DNA of 63,998 nucleotides, the filler included, from an uncultured bacterium (GTDB lineage Bacteria; DAOPZR01): the NCBI GenBank assembly GCA_964637655.1. It is 19 parts of 19 records of this genome, joined end to end, with 100 filler letters (N's around TTAATTAATTAA, not from the genome) between each part and the next. Parts side by side here need not be neighbours in the genome. Positions count along the whole stretch, not along the records: positions 31,522 to 34,793 come from CAZWUZ010000355.1; positions 34,894 to 38,161 come from CAZWUZ010000356.1; positions 38,262 to 41,529 come from CAZWUZ010000357.1; positions 41,630 to 44,887 come from CAZWUZ010000358.1; 15 more parts are not named here. The stretch is one strand, 5' to 3'. Under the pieces are notes generated by a model, which was not told the DNA's origin, made no database searches, and worked only from the letters and a program-made list of their open reading frames with translations. Below, piece by piece: positions 31,996 to 42,997 of the stretch (within the stretch, counting starts at the first letter, position 1; the number at the start of each line of letters is the position of its first letter). The translations under genes were made by a program, and so were the position numbers.

Positions 31996-32688
31996 TCAGA
32001 AAACCTGCGCCAGCGCCTCGCCGAGCGTGCGCGCTCCAGGTGACATCACGGAAGCCGCGAAACCAACCAGCACGGCCGCGAAGAGCATGATCAGGTAGTA
32101 CTTGCAGGTGGCACCGAACAGCCCGGTGGAGGTTTCCGGCAGGGCCAGCGAGCGCACCGGCTTGACCAGCGCGAACGCGAGCAGTGTCTCGAAGGCCGCA
32201 TCCGTGAGAATCAGCGGCGCCTGCCAGAGCACGTAGCCGCCGCTGAACATGATGAGCAGGAGCAGCGGCAGGATGAAGAGCAGGGCACAGCCGAGTTCGC
32301 TCGATGTGCCCGCCTCCGCCACCGACGAGACGGCATCAGCCAGTTCCACCCCGTCGCGCAGGCCGATGGGACCGTTGTCCTCGGTTTGCCCGTACAGCCG
32401 CGCCGGTGCATGTGCTGCCGCCACCTGCCGCGGCCAGGTCGGATCGTCCTCGAGTTCGCGCCGGATATACGCCAGCCAGAAAAACCCGGCGGGAAAGAAC
32501 GCCAGGTAGGCGATGGTCACCACCAGCGCGTAGCGCACCGGCAGCGACCAGACCCCGTACGTTTTCAGCAGGTGGTTGGCAAGCATCCCCGCGCCGACCA
32601 CCAGCGCGAAGAGTACCGCCATGTGATGATGCAGCCAGAACTTCCGGCTGAACGCCGCGCGGAGTTTCCCGCGCAGGTTCACCGCCAT
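31996..32688 (-). CDS. Hypothetical membrane protein
   Basis: Several TM segments, overlaps operon with upstream gene. Confidence 0.65.
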   Translation of the reverse strand: MAVNLRGKLRAAFSRKFWLHHHMAVLFALVVGAGMLANHLLKTYGVWSLPVRYALVVTIAYLAFFPAGFFWLAYIRRELEDDPTWPRQVAAAHAPARLYGQTEDNGPIGLRDGVELADAVSSVAEAGTSSELGCALLFILPLLLLIMFSGGYVLWQAPLILTDAAFETLLAFALVKPVRSLALPETSTGLFGATCKYYLIMLFAAVLVGFAASVMSPGARTLGEALAQVF

Positions 32689-32689
32689 G

Positions 32690-33271
32690 TCAGTTCAGCT
32701 CGTCATCCGTCCAGTAACGCGTCCCCTTGACCGTCGCCTGCAGCGCCAGTCCCGCCTCGGTCATCTGGTAGATGGTGATGTTGTCGAGCACGACCTCGCC
32801 GCCGACCGAACCGCCCATATCGCCCGCCTGCGCCGCCGCGTCGGCATGCGCGCCGAATTCCCACCCCTGGTCGATGAAGCGCTGCATGGTCTCCGCGTTA
32901 TGGAACACGAAGACCGCGCGGAAATCCTTGATCCCCCAGCCGAGCCCGAGTCCCAGTTCGCCCATTTTCATGTAGGTGTCGCGACCCGTGCGGTTGTCGC
33001 GCACGATGCCGCGCCCGCCGCTGAAGCTGGCGAAAATCACGTTGATGTTGGCATTGCTGAACACCGCGTAGCCGGGCGCCGCCGCCACCTGCGCCTGCAC
33101 CGACGGCTTGACCCGGTAGAGGTCGGCCAGCACCTGCTGCCGCATATCCTTTACCGCCTGCCGCCGCTGCTCCAGCGCATACTCGCCCGACCCGGCGTTC
33201 GGCGTGGTTCCGCACGCCGCGACCATGACCACCATCACCACGCACAGCACTGCCAGTATCACTCGTTTCAT
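32690..33271 (-). CDS. Ysc84/SYLF-related lipoprotein
   Basis: Lipobox VAAC; GYAVF, GLGLGWG, GLALQATVKGTRYW. Confidence 0.8.
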   Translation of the reverse strand: MKRVILAVLCVVMVVMVAACGTTPNAGSGEYALEQRRQAVKDMRQQVLADLYRVKPSVQAQVAAAPGYAVFSNANINVIFASFSGGRGIVRDNRTGRDTYMKMGELGLGLGWGIKDFRAVFVFHNAETMQRFIDQGWEFGAHADAAAQAGDMGGSVGGEVVLDNITIYQMTEAGLALQATVKGTRYWTDDELN

Positions 33272-33296
33272 CAGTGCACCTCCCCGGGATTGGTCA

Positions 33297-33806
33297 TCAG
33301 CGGAAATCCATCAGTTCGGCAACCGCGCGCCGCGGCGGCGCGGACGGCTGCTCACCGGCGTACCCGGTCGGGACCACCGCCACCGGGCGCAGGTGATGCG
33401 GCAGGCGCAGCGCACTGCGCAGGGCCTGCGCGCGAAAAGACGCCACCCAGCACGTCGCCAGTCCCGCCGCGTGCGCTGCCAGCAGGTAGTTCTGCAGCGC
33501 CGCCGCCGCATCGAGCAGCGTGTACTCCTCCGCCCCGCGCGCGCCATACTGTTTGCGCAGGCGCCTGTCGGCGCAGGCGACCAGCAGCAGCGGGGCCGTG
33601 GCGACAAAGCGCTGCGTGCACGCCGCGGCGACGCTGCGCCGCAGTTCCGTATCGGTTACGAAGATGAAATAGCGCGATTGTTCGTTCCCCGCGCTGGGCG
33701 CCCAGGCGAGCGCCTCAGCCAGCACGGGAAGCAGTTCCGCCGGCACGGGCGTATCAAGGAAGCGCCGCACGCTGCGCCGACCGCGCATCGCCTGCATCAG
33801 TTCCAT
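33297..33806 (-). CDS. Nitroreductase family protein
   Basis: RRSVRRF, APSAGNEQ, GLATCWV. Confidence 0.92.
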   Translation of the reverse strand: MELMQAMRGRRSVRRFLDTPVPAELLPVLAEALAWAPSAGNEQSRYFIFVTDTELRRSVAAACTQRFVATAPLLLVACADRRLRKQYGARGAEEYTLLDAAAALQNYLLAAHAAGLATCWVASFRAQALRSALRLPHHLRPVAVVPTGYAGEQPSAPPRRAVAELMDFR

Positions 33807-33831
33807 ACGTTCAGTATACCATAGATGGTAA

Positions 33832-33965
33832 GTAACTGTTCAGCCACCCACGCATCTTGCAAAGCGACCCCTTGGGCCACCCTTCCCTCTCCCGCCGCAG
33901 GCGGAAGAGGGTGTATTGCCTTCCCCCTCTCTGAGGGGGAAGGTTGGATGAGGGTGAATAGTTGC
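33832..33965. mobile_element. MITE (IS66-like ends), copy 2
   Basis: TIRs GTAACTGTTCAGC / GGTGAATAGTTGC; flanks GATGGTAA and GATGGTCA (7/8 match); internal CCTTCCCCCTC/GAGGGGGAAGG hairpin. Confidence 0.8.
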
Positions 33966-33980
33966 GATGGTCAGGGGTAA

Positions 33981-34457
33981 TCAGTGAACGGCCACACGAA
34001 ACGTGCCGCTTATCCAGCCGCCCGATGACGGTCCGGAGAACGACCCTTCCGCGCGCTCCGCGGTCCAAACGGAAAACCGCACGGTGCCGCGGGAACTGTG
34101 CGTGACGCCGCTGGCGGGAACGCTGTACTGCAACTCCGCGGGATAGTCCGTCTGCAATGCCGGCGCCCCGGCCGCCACCGTGATGACCATATCGTACTGC
34201 CTGCCCGCACTGACCCGTGACGCCTCCAGGCGCAGCGCATCATCCACCCGGCGCACCTGCGGATACTCAGCAGTACCGGTACCGGAAACGTAGCTGATGT
34301 TCTCGCCACCCTGTGTCATGACAATCTGGTACCCGTGCTGGTCAGCCAGCGTTTCGTCCAGCAGTTGCCGCCCGGCCGTGCACCCTGTCAGGCAGCACAC
34401 AGCCAGCAGCACGACGGCGATACTGAAATACTGCCGAAGGTTCATGCTCTGTGTCAT
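33981..34457 (-). CDS. Hypothetical lipoprotein
   Basis: Lipobox LTGC, beta-rich body. Confidence 0.6.
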   Translation of the reverse strand: MTQSMNLRQYFSIAVVLLAVCCLTGCTAGRQLLDETLADQHGYQIVMTQGGENISYVSGTGTAEYPQVRRVDDALRLEASRVSAGRQYDMVITVAAGAPALQTDYPAELQYSVPASGVTHSSRGTVRFSVWTAERAEGSFSGPSSGGWISGTFRVAVH

Positions 34458-34497
34458 GTACGTACTATACCCTCTGCGCATCCGCTCCGCAAGAGAG

Positions 34498-34793
34498 TTA
34501 CGGCTTGCGTGCGGTCAGCGCGGCGGAGACCGCGTAGCGTCCTGCGCCGGTACCCGGAAACCACTGGTCGAGCATCGCACGGCTCTCTTCCCGCGGTTCG
34601 ACCGCCGCCATGACGAATCCACAGCGCGTGAGCATTGCCAGCAGGTCGTCGACCGCCGCCGCGCCGGCAATACACCCCGCATGCAGCGCCATGTCACGCC
34701 GCACTGCCTCAGGAATTGGCGCAGTAGCGACGATGTCCGACACCGCCAGCCGCCCTCCGGGCTTGAGCACGCGATACGCCTCGCGCAGCACCT
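34498..34793 (-). CDS. arsM: Arsenite methyltransferase C-terminal part
   Basis: EAYRVLKPGGRLAVSDIV...GCIAGA...ARKP. Confidence 0.8.
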
Positions 34794-34893
34794 NNNNNNN
34801 NNNNNNNNNNNNNNNNNNNNNNNNNNNNNNNNNNNNNTTAATTAATTAANNNNNNNNNNNNNNNNNNNNNNNNNNNNNNNNNNNNNNNNNNNN

Positions 34894-35819
34894 TCTGCCG
34901 CGAGCTGCTTGCGGAGCAGCCGGACGATGCCGCGGTATGGCGCGAGCTCGGCATGGCCCTGATGCGCCAGGGGAGGATGCAGGAAGCGGAAGAGGCGCTG
35001 AACCGCTGCCTTGTCCTTGATCCCGGGAACACGCTGGCATGTTCGCTGCTCCATGACTGTGAACGTGCGGCTGCCACTGCGCGGATGGATGAGACCGATC
35101 GTGCGCTGACGCGGCTCCGGGATCAGGAAGCGAGCACCGCGCGCAGCGAAAGCATCGAGGCATGCCGCCGGCTTATGGCGACACTGTCTGACAGCGCGTA
35201 CGCGCGCGCCCGACTGCAATTGGCGGAGTTTCAGCAGCGTGGGGGGGAGTGCTGCGCGGCGCTGTCCCATTGCCGGATGCTGGTCGATGACACGCAGCCC
35301 GCGGTGCGCGAGCGGGCGCAGGCGATGGAACGCGCGCTGGCAGCGCAGTGCATGACGGATAAGGTTGAGCGCGCACTGGCACGGGAAATGGCGCTGGAAG
35401 CGGCGGCATCACCCCGTGCGCGGCATGCTCGGGCCGTCCGCCTCTGCCGGGAAGCGTTGCGGCACGACGGAAACTGCGTGGAGGCATACCGGACGCTCGC
35501 TGCGCTGTTGGCACAAGAAGGAAAATCGAGCGAAGCGGCCATCGCACAAGCCCGGGCGGATCGCCTGGCAGAGGAAAACCGTGTCCTGCCCGCACGTACG
35601 GATCTCGCCGCCGCGCAGGAGGCGGTACGGCTGAATCCGCGTGACGAGGAGGCGCGGCGGCGCCTTGCCTCGCTGTACGTGCAACGCGGGGAGTACGGCG
35701 CGGCGGTGCAGGAATACCGTGCCATCAGAGTGCTGCTGACGGATCCATGGCAGCGCGAGCAGATAGACCAGACCATTCGGATGGTGCAGCAGCGAGCCGA
35801 CCGTACTGCCGGGCGATGA
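34894..35819 (+). CDS. TPR protein; 5' truncated
   Basis: Repeated helical TPR units (LVLDPGN, VRLNPRD). Confidence 0.75.
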
Positions 35820-35832
35820 GCGGGTGACGTGC

Positions 35833-36345
35833 ATGGAAGATGCTATGAACGATGCGAAAGCCGGGGAAGCGCAGCGGCTGTACGAACCGCAGCCGGTTAC
35901 GCCGGAACGCAGGCCGATCGCGCCGCGGGAACCGCTGCTCGCGCCGGAAGAGATAGATACACTGCTTTCCAGCCATGTCGAGCCGCGCCTGCTGCCGCCG
36001 GAGAAACTTGAAGAAATGCTGCTGCGCATGGATGGTTACGCTCTGCAGATGGTGCTGCGCAAAGTGACTCAAGCCGATATTGCGGCGTTGTTGACCATGT
36101 GCCGACCTGAGACGAAGGCCTGCATCGAGTCGCAATTGTCCATGGGGGCGCGGCGCATGCTGGCAGACGAGATGAAGCATGCGTACAACCGGGAGCAGGC
36201 CCTGGTGGCGCGGGAAAAAATCTGTGCGATGATCAACCGGCTTGAGCAGGCAGGAAACATTATTCTCGAGATGTCGCCGGAACTTGTGGCGTTGCGTGAG
36301 GAATATCGCGCCCGCGCCGCGAGCGAAGAGCATGACACGAAATAG
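35833..36345 (+). CDS. Stand-alone FliG C-terminal domain protein
   Basis: LQMVLRKV...IAALL...LSMGARRMLADEM...AREKICAMINRLEQAGNI. Confidence 0.65.
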   Translation: MEDAMNDAKAGEAQRLYEPQPVTPERRPIAPREPLLAPEEIDTLLSSHVEPRLLPPEKLEEMLLRMDGYALQMVLRKVTQADIAALLTMCRPETKACIESQLSMGARRMLADEMKHAYNREQALVAREKICAMINRLEQAGNIILEMSPELVALREEYRARAASEEHDTK

Positions 36346-36360
36346 CCGACCGGTGCAGGC

Positions 36361-36792
36361 GTGATGCATATCCTGATCGCGCTGCTGCTGCTTGCTCTTG
36401 CCGGCAGTATCGGTGTCGTGCTGTTGACTGTCTGGCTGATCAAGCGCGGGCAATGGCATGAGGCAAGGCAGTTCCATAATCCGTTTCAGCAGCATCTGGT
36501 GCGCGCGTGCCTTGTTGTGTTTGCTGCCTGGGTGGTCTGCGTGATGGCGTATATGCTGCTGCCGGGAGCATGGAGCATGGCGATCAACATCGTCTACCTG
36601 GCGGTATTCGTCGGTGTCTGCCGGTTTGTATACCGGCGGGTGCGTTGCCCGCATTGCGGACGTTCGCTGCTGACACGCATCAATGAACTGTCGCGCGCTG
36701 ACCTGATCACACTTTGTTGTGACCATTGCCGCAAAGAACTGCTGCGACGTGCGCACGGCATCCCGGGAAGGGAGGAAGGAAACAGATGCTGA
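36361..36792 (+). CDS. Membrane protein with C-terminal zinc ribbon
   Basis: 3 TMs; CPHC...CDHC. Confidence 0.6.
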   Translation: MMHILIALLLLALAGSIGVVLLTVWLIKRGQWHEARQFHNPFQQHLVRACLVVFAAWVVCVMAYMLLPGAWSMAINIVYLAVFVGVCRFVYRRVRCPHCGRSLLTRINELSRADLITLCCDHCRKELLRRAHGIPGREEGNRC

Positions 36793-37322
36793 AGAAACTG
36801 GCAATTATCACAGCGGGCGTGCTCGTGGTTTTCGTCGGGTACATGTATTATCAATTCCGCATACATTTGGTGGAATTGCCGCCGGCGCAGGCAATGCAGG
36901 GCCTGCAGTACTATATCGGTGCGGCCTTGTATCCATCGGTATCGCGCGCGGAGTGTTCCGTACTGGGCGGGTTTCATCTCGATAACTTTGCGTGGTATCG
37001 ATTCCCATGTGCTCCGGACGATCTGCAGAATATCGTTGCCCATATTACGGGTGGAACGGACTCGAGTTCATACTATTCCGGGGTGGCGACCTTTCATCCG
37101 GGGGCAATATATGACGGAGAACAGAACTACCACCTGCTGCTGGACAACGAACGTTATGTGTTTAGTTACTTTTCATGGTACGACCCAGACTGGTGGAACA
37201 AGGAGACACTCGGCGGAATGATGTTCTACCAGTTCCGCATCAACCGGGGACAAGGACATATCGACCTGTTCTACGATGCTGCCACACAGACAGCGTATAT
37301 GCATGTTGTCGAAGGATCATGA
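36786..37322 (+). CDS. Hypothetical membrane-anchored protein
   Basis: RBS, N-terminal TM, lower GC. Confidence 0.6.
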   Translation: MLKKLAIITAGVLVVFVGYMYYQFRIHLVELPPAQAMQGLQYYIGAALYPSVSRAECSVLGGFHLDNFAWYRFPCAPDDLQNIVAHITGGTDSSSYYSGVATFHPGAIYDGEQNYHLLLDNERYVFSYFSWYDPDWWNKETLGGMMFYQFRINRGQGHIDLFYDAATQTAYMHVVEGS

Positions 37323-37339
37323 TTGCCCGGTAAACCATA

Positions 37340-37368
37340 TTGACATGCATAGCAACGCATAGTACCAT
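37340..37368 (+). promoter_or_regulatory. sigma70-type promoter
   Basis: TTGACA-17 nt-TACCAT. Confidence 0.6.
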
Positions 37369-37426
37369 ACGAACGTATGGCGTTGGCGGGGAGGCGATCC
37401 CCCCCCGTATGCGGAAGGAGAAGATA

Positions 37427-37825
37427 ATGAGCAGAGGCAAGGCCCTCACCCTGGCGGTATTCACCCTGTGGCCGTTTCTCTACATGGTCATATTCTTCTG
37501 CACAGTATTCGGCATGGTTATGTTCAATGCCGGAATGCGCGGCCATGCATCAGAACCGCCGCTGTTGTTCCTCGTCGTCTTCACCCTGCACTTCCTGACC
37601 ATACTCGAAATCTTTGTGTTGCTGGCAATCTACATCGTCCACCTGTTCAAGACGGACCGGGTGCCGCAGGACAAAAAGGCGCTCTGGGCGGTGGTGCTCT
37701 TTCTGAGCAATATGCTGGCCATGCCGGTCTACTGGTACCTGTATATCTGGAAACAACTCGATGGCAGCAGCCCGGCAGTCGGCGCAGACCTGCCCCCTGC
37801 CCGCAAGGAGAATGACAATGGATGA
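37427..37825 (+). CDS. PLDc_N-like small membrane protein
   Basis: AAGGAG RBS; KKALWAVVLFL...PVYWYLYIWK. Confidence 0.65.
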   Translation: MSRGKALTLAVFTLWPFLYMVIFFCTVFGMVMFNAGMRGHASEPPLLFLVVFTLHFLTILEIFVLLAIYIVHLFKTDRVPQDKKALWAVVLFLSNMLAMPVYWYLYIWKQLDGSSPAVGADLPPARKENDNG

Positions 37826-38161
37826 TGGACATCAGGAGATGAAGGCGACTGACGATGCCACGAAGCGCCCACGCCGGGGACTGAGGCCGTGGCTGATCAT
37901 CCTGCTCTCGGTTGCCGCCGGAGTTGCTCTCTCATGGGGCTACTGGCAGTTGCAGCCGAGCATCTATCAGGCGCAGGCGACACTCACATTTTCCTGGCAG
38001 GACCCGGTGATCAACACGGCTTTCCAGCGGACGGCGGATATCTACCTTGCTGCCGATTGCCAGAGGTTGGTTGCCGATGAGCGGATCATCGGGCAACTGG
38101 TTCGGCAGTTCTACCCGGAAGATACTGAACCCGCCGCGGTCGAACGGCGCAAGCATATCCT
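37818..38161 (+). CDS. Wzz/chain-length-determinant-like N-terminus; truncated
   Basis: WLIILL...TM...PSIYQAQATL. Confidence 0.5.
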
Positions 38162-38261
38162 NNNNNNNNNNNNNNNNNNNNNNNNNNNNNNNNNNNNNNN
38201 NNNNNTTAATTAATTAANNNNNNNNNNNNNNNNNNNNNNNNNNNNNNNNNNNNNNNNNNNN

Positions 38262-41200
38262 AGCGTGTAGCTGTCAATGACCGAATTGATGGTGATGGTG
38301 CAGGCGGACGTCACTTTCGCCAGCGGCCCGGAGTCAGCCCAGAACCCGGCGCAGGACATCCCGTCGATTTCGGCGCGGAAGGTCGACGGGGTGGTCGCCC
38401 CGCCCGCGATATCGATGGTGACGAGATAGCAGCGCCCGTCCGTGTCGAGCGCGGCGGTGTCGGCAGGCGGCAGGGTGACGTGGTACCAGGTCGAACCCGA
38501 CAGCGACAGCGCCGCCACGAACGAGTCGGCCGCGCTCCACAGCGCATCATCATCCCTGTCCTGCCACAGTTTCACCGCGACGACATCGGTATCGCTGCGC
38601 GCGCTGCCGAGATTCTGCAGCGCGAAATGGACCAGCGTGTCACCTTCGGGCGCCCCTGAGATGTTAAGGGCGTGCACCAGCACGTTGTTCGTTCCCGGCA
38701 GTTTCGTGGCGGGGGTCAGCACCCGCGCCTCCGACACCGCCAGCGGCTCGCTGTACGGCAGCCACGGTTCCACCGCGCTGCGCGTATTCTGCGGCCCGGC
38801 AGCACTGACCACAAAATCGCTGGCGTTGCGGTCGGTATCGGCGCCGTTGCCGGCCGGCGCATCGGCTCCCGCCATGGTCGCGACGGTGGAGGTATCGAAC
38901 GCCTTGCGCTCAAATGTGCGCGAATCGCTGGCAGTCAGGTTATCCGGCGCCGGAGCCCGCCCTTCGGCGTACTGCGCCGTGCTGCCGTAGCCGGCCAGAT
39001 CGACGATGATCCCGTTTTCCTGCCGCAGGATGAGGTGCCCGGCATCGCCCAGCCCGGCGCTGAAGGTCCGGTTGGGTGTCACCACCGTGTCACCGGAGTA
39101 GCCGCCACTGGCCCCGCAGAGGAAAAACCCGTGCGCGGGAATTGAGTCAGCCGCGGTGAAGGTCACCTTGGTTGTCCCGCCCGTGTAGGCGTTGGTGGCA
39201 GCGGCGGTATAGAGCAGTTTCCAGCCGTTGAGCTGCACCCGCTGCGACGTAGGGTTGTACAATTCGACAAACTCGTCATTCGCCCCGAGCGACCCACGCG
39301 TCTCGATTTCGCTGAGCAGCACGCTGCGGCGCGAGGTGAACTGGAACGCGCCATTAGTCGCGGCAGAAGTGACCGGCCCGCTCTCCGCGCGCGCCGACTG
39401 CAGCCCGTAGAGCGGCACGGAGAGCATCAGCGAGTCGCCCAGCACCGGCGTTTCCGTCGCGCAGGCGGTGACCAGCAGGGTCGAGCCCGAGAAGGCCCAG
39501 GCCAGCCCCGACGCCGTCCACCGGCCGATTCCCGACGGCGTGAACTCCGCGATGAAGGTGTCCGCGCTGTTGAGCTGCCCGATGGTGTCGGCATCAGCCC
39601 AGAGCCGCAGCACCGCCAGTGAGCGCGTATCGATGGTGTAGGGGCTGGCAGAGGTCACCGTGATGCTGGTCAGCGTGTCGGGGATGCCGGCACTGTTGCT
39701 GACGCGCAGCGAGAGTACCGGCAGTGTGTCGCTGCCATACCACGCCCCGTACCAGCAGGTCGTTTCGCTGACCGCGGTGACCCGGGTATCGGTCGACGGA
39801 ATAGCAAAGGTCATCGAGGCGCCCGTCGCAGAAATACTGGTGATATCGCGCCCGACTGTCACCCCGGCATACGACCGGTTATTCGGCGTCGAAGTATTGG
39901 TAAACGCCGTGAGCGTGGTGCTGCGCCAGTAGTCGGCGTCCGACCCGGTACCAACGTCCGTGGTGAGATTCTGCGTGCCGGAGTGCGCCTCCTCGAGGTC
40001 GACCATGTAGTTGGCCTCGTTGTCGTTGTCCGCCTTGCGTTCGTCGATATGCCAGATGAGGATGCCGCGGCTGGTGCCCGGCAGCCCGGCATCGAAACTC
40101 ACGCCCTGGCGGTTCTCGATGAGAAAGTACTCGCGGGTGTCGGTCCAGTCGCCGCGGAGGCGCCAGGCGGCGATGCCGTCGTTCTGTTCCGCCTGCGGCA
40201 GCGTGTAGGTGCCGCCGGCGCCCGCCACCCCGACATTGATCCACCCGAGTCGCTCGCGACACCAGGCGCTGAGGTACGAGGGCAGGGTGCCGTCGGTGCC
40301 GTTCCAGCTGCCGCCCGCCATCAGGCAGAACTCGCCAATGCCCTGGCTGCTGTAATCGGTGTCGTAGAGGTCGGGGAGATCGAACAAGGCATGCCCGAGT
40401 TCGTGCACGATGACCCCGACGCGAGTCAGCCCCTGCGTTCCGACATCATCATCACCGCGTTTCTCGGGAATGGTGTTGTAGGCGAGGATCTTGACCCCGT
40501 CACGGGTCTGCTCAGACGTGATCTCCCAGGCATGCGACCAGATATGGTTTTCGTCCGTCGTGCCACCCGACTCATCCAGCCCGGCATGAATGACGGTCAG
40601 CGCGTCAATGTAGCCGTCGCCGTCGCCGTCCCCCTGCGAGAAATCGAACGAGGGGTCGACCAGGGCCAGCGCTTCCTCGACCATCTCCTGCGGCCGCAGA
40701 TCGTCGCCGGCGCCGTCGTTGGCGCCATAATACGCGTAACCGTTTGCCAGGGTGACAATCGGGGCGACAATGGAGACCATGCTGACCGTGTCGTTCGACA
40801 CTTCCTCGTAGTAGGCACGCACCGACCCCTCAGCCCCGTCGACGGTGTAGGGGACGCTGTCGAAGAGCGCGGCATAATCCGCCTGGGTGTAGCTGAACGC
40901 CAGGTCGCTGAACCCTACCAGCAGCACGACGTTCTTGTACGTGCCGGTGAACGGCACGCCGGGTGACCGGAGCGGGGCACTGGCGGCGGCACTGATGCGC
41001 CGCGGGCGGCCGGGAACCACGGTAGTCGTGGCGGCCCGGGCCGCGCGGGCCGCGCTCTGCCGCTCGCTGACCAGCAGCGGGCTGACGCGGCTGATTCCCG
41101 ACACGGCCGGGTCAGCCGCGCCGACCGCGTGCGGTGTGGCGGTCCATCTGCCGGTACGCGCATCACCCGTCCACGTTGCATATACCCAGCGCCCGCCAGT

Positions 41201-41395
41201 TTCGCGCAGCACCGGGTACCGCTGCATATCCTCCCGCCAGGCAAAAAACTCGTCACCACGCAGGCGGATTTCCACGCTGGTCCCGTCAGGCTGGATGAAG
41301 GTGCGGGGACGCGGATTAGCGGGCACCGCATCAGCCGGCGCAGCGCAGACCACGAGTGCCACCGCTGTCAGCCAGCAGCACAGCAACCGCGTCAT
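38262..41395 (-). CDS. M6 (immune inhibitor A) metallopeptidase with lamin-tail domain; 3' truncated
   Basis: AVPANP...QPDG...GDE, HELGHALFDLPDLYD, LMAGGSW, EYFLIENRQ, WHIDE; LLSEI...DEFVELYNPT (LTD). Confidence 0.92.
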
Positions 41396-41630
41396 CAGGC
41401 GATATCCGAGGTCAGTTAGATGCACCGGGAAAGCATACTATTTCCCTTTGGCGGTCGTCAATCAGCGCCCGGCCGGCACAGCGATTCCGCATCTGGGTAT
41501 AATTGCCAACGCCAGGTTTCACCCGCAGGNNNNNNNNNNNNNNNNNNNNNNNNNNNNNNNNNNNNNNNNNNNNTTAATTAATTAANNNNNNNNNNNNNNN
41601 NNNNNNNNNNNNNNNNNNNNNNNNNNNNNC

Positions 41631-41912
41631 GGGGCCAACCTGTACGCTGATCGTCTGGCGCGGCGCCTTGGGGCGGGGGAACTGGAAATCGAGGCGGCTT
41701 TCTACTACCGTTTTCTGGCGCTGCGCGGCATACTGACAGAGGTCTCGCCAACGGAATTTACCCGCACCCTGACCCCGGGCTACACGGCAAAGGAGCGTTC
41801 GCTGCGGCGCGACCTGTGCGCCACCGCCGGGTGTCTCAGTTGCACGGACGCCCGCCTGCGCGAACTGCTGGAGGGGACACTGGCTGCTGTCCCGGCACGT
41901 TGGGCGGCATAA
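41631..41912 (+). CDS. Hypothetical protein C-terminal fragment
   Basis: Open frame from contig edge to TAA with host-like codon use. Confidence 0.4.
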   Translation, partial: GANLYADRLARRLGAGELEIEAAFYYRFLALRGILTEVSPTEFTRTLTPGYTAKERSLRRDLCATAGCLSCTDARLRELLEGTLAAVPARWAA

Positions 41913-41920
41913 CCCGCGTA

Positions 41921-41950
41921 TTGACAAGTGTTGCCTGCCTGTACTACAAT
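41921..41950 (+). promoter_or_regulatory. sigma70-type promoter
   Basis: TTGACA-18 nt-TACAAT. Confidence 0.6.
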
Positions 41951-41971
41951 TCATGGCAACCGGAGCGGAGA

Positions 41972-42412
41972 ATGACGGCGACCAAAACGCTGATGCTGGC
42001 CAATCGACTGGAAGAACTCGAACGGCTGGCGCAGGCGGTCGAGGAGTTCGGCGACGCGCATGCGCTTTCCGCCAAGGTGGTCTACGCGATCAACCTGTCG
42101 CTGGACGAGCTGGTGACCAACATCATCAGCTACGGGTTTCCCGGCGGCGGCGAACACAGTATCGAAGTGGTGCTGCAGGTGGCGGACGGGATGGCGCGCA
42201 TCACGCTCAGCGACGACGGCATCGCCTTCAACCCGCTGCAGATGCCGAAACCTGATGCATCGGCGGCGCTCGAGGAACGGCGTATCGGCGGCTGGGGGAT
42301 ACAGTTCGTGCGCGAGATGATGGACGAGATGCAGTACGTGCGCGAGCATGACCGCAATGTGCTGCGGCTGGCAAAGAAAATCGAGTCGCCGGACGGCGAC
42401 GGGAGGCAGTGA
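41972..42412 (+). CDS. RsbW-type anti-sigma factor kinase (HATPase_c_2)
   Basis: LDELVTNIISYG, DDGIAFNP, GGWGI. Confidence 0.9.
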   Translation: MTATKTLMLANRLEELERLAQAVEEFGDAHALSAKVVYAINLSLDELVTNIISYGFPGGGEHSIEVVLQVADGMARITLSDDGIAFNPLQMPKPDASAALEERRIGGWGIQFVREMMDEMQYVREHDRNVLRLAKKIESPDGDGRQ

Positions 42413-42413
42413 C

Positions 42414-42749
42414 ATGGAACTGAAGAAAAGCACGCAGGGAACGGTGACGGTGGTGGCGGTCAGCGGGCGGCTCGACGCGAGCACCTCGTCGGAAATGGAA
42501 AAATTCGTTATCGGGCTGATCGACGCGGGCGAGCGCACACTGGTGCTCGACTTCTCGGCGCTGGAGTACACCAGCAGCGCCGGGCTGCGCGTCCTGCTGG
42601 TCATCACCAAGAAGATGAAGGCGCTGCAGGGGAAGTTCTGCATCGCCGCGCTCAACGAGCGGATCCGCGAGGTGGTCGAAATCGCCGGATTCACCGCCAT
42701 CCTGCAGATTCAGCCGGATGTGGCGGCGGCAGTCCAGTCGCTCAGCTGA
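42414..42749 (+). CDS. STAS anti-anti-sigma factor
   Basis: GRLDA, LDFSALEYTSSAGLRVLL. Confidence 0.92.
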   Translation: MELKKSTQGTVTVVAVSGRLDASTSSEMEKFVIGLIDAGERTLVLDFSALEYTSSAGLRVLLVITKKMKALQGKFCIAALNERIREVVEIAGFTAILQIQPDVAAAVQSLS

Positions 42750-42997
42750 CAAAACGGCATAAACGTATCCGGCGGGTTGTGGCCAGACGAGCCATACCCG
42801 CCGGTTTTGTCTTCTCGACCATTCATATCCAACTGAAATACAAGCAATAAGCGAATATTCCCTGCGGTTTTGCGGCAGGTGCAACAAAAGCGGCACGGGA
42901 ATTGTATAATAGTAAGGGTACGAAATGCCGATAGATTCACTATCAGCGGAATGCAGGCCTGAAACGGTGTTGTTGACCTGCAGGGGAGGAGGAGACC

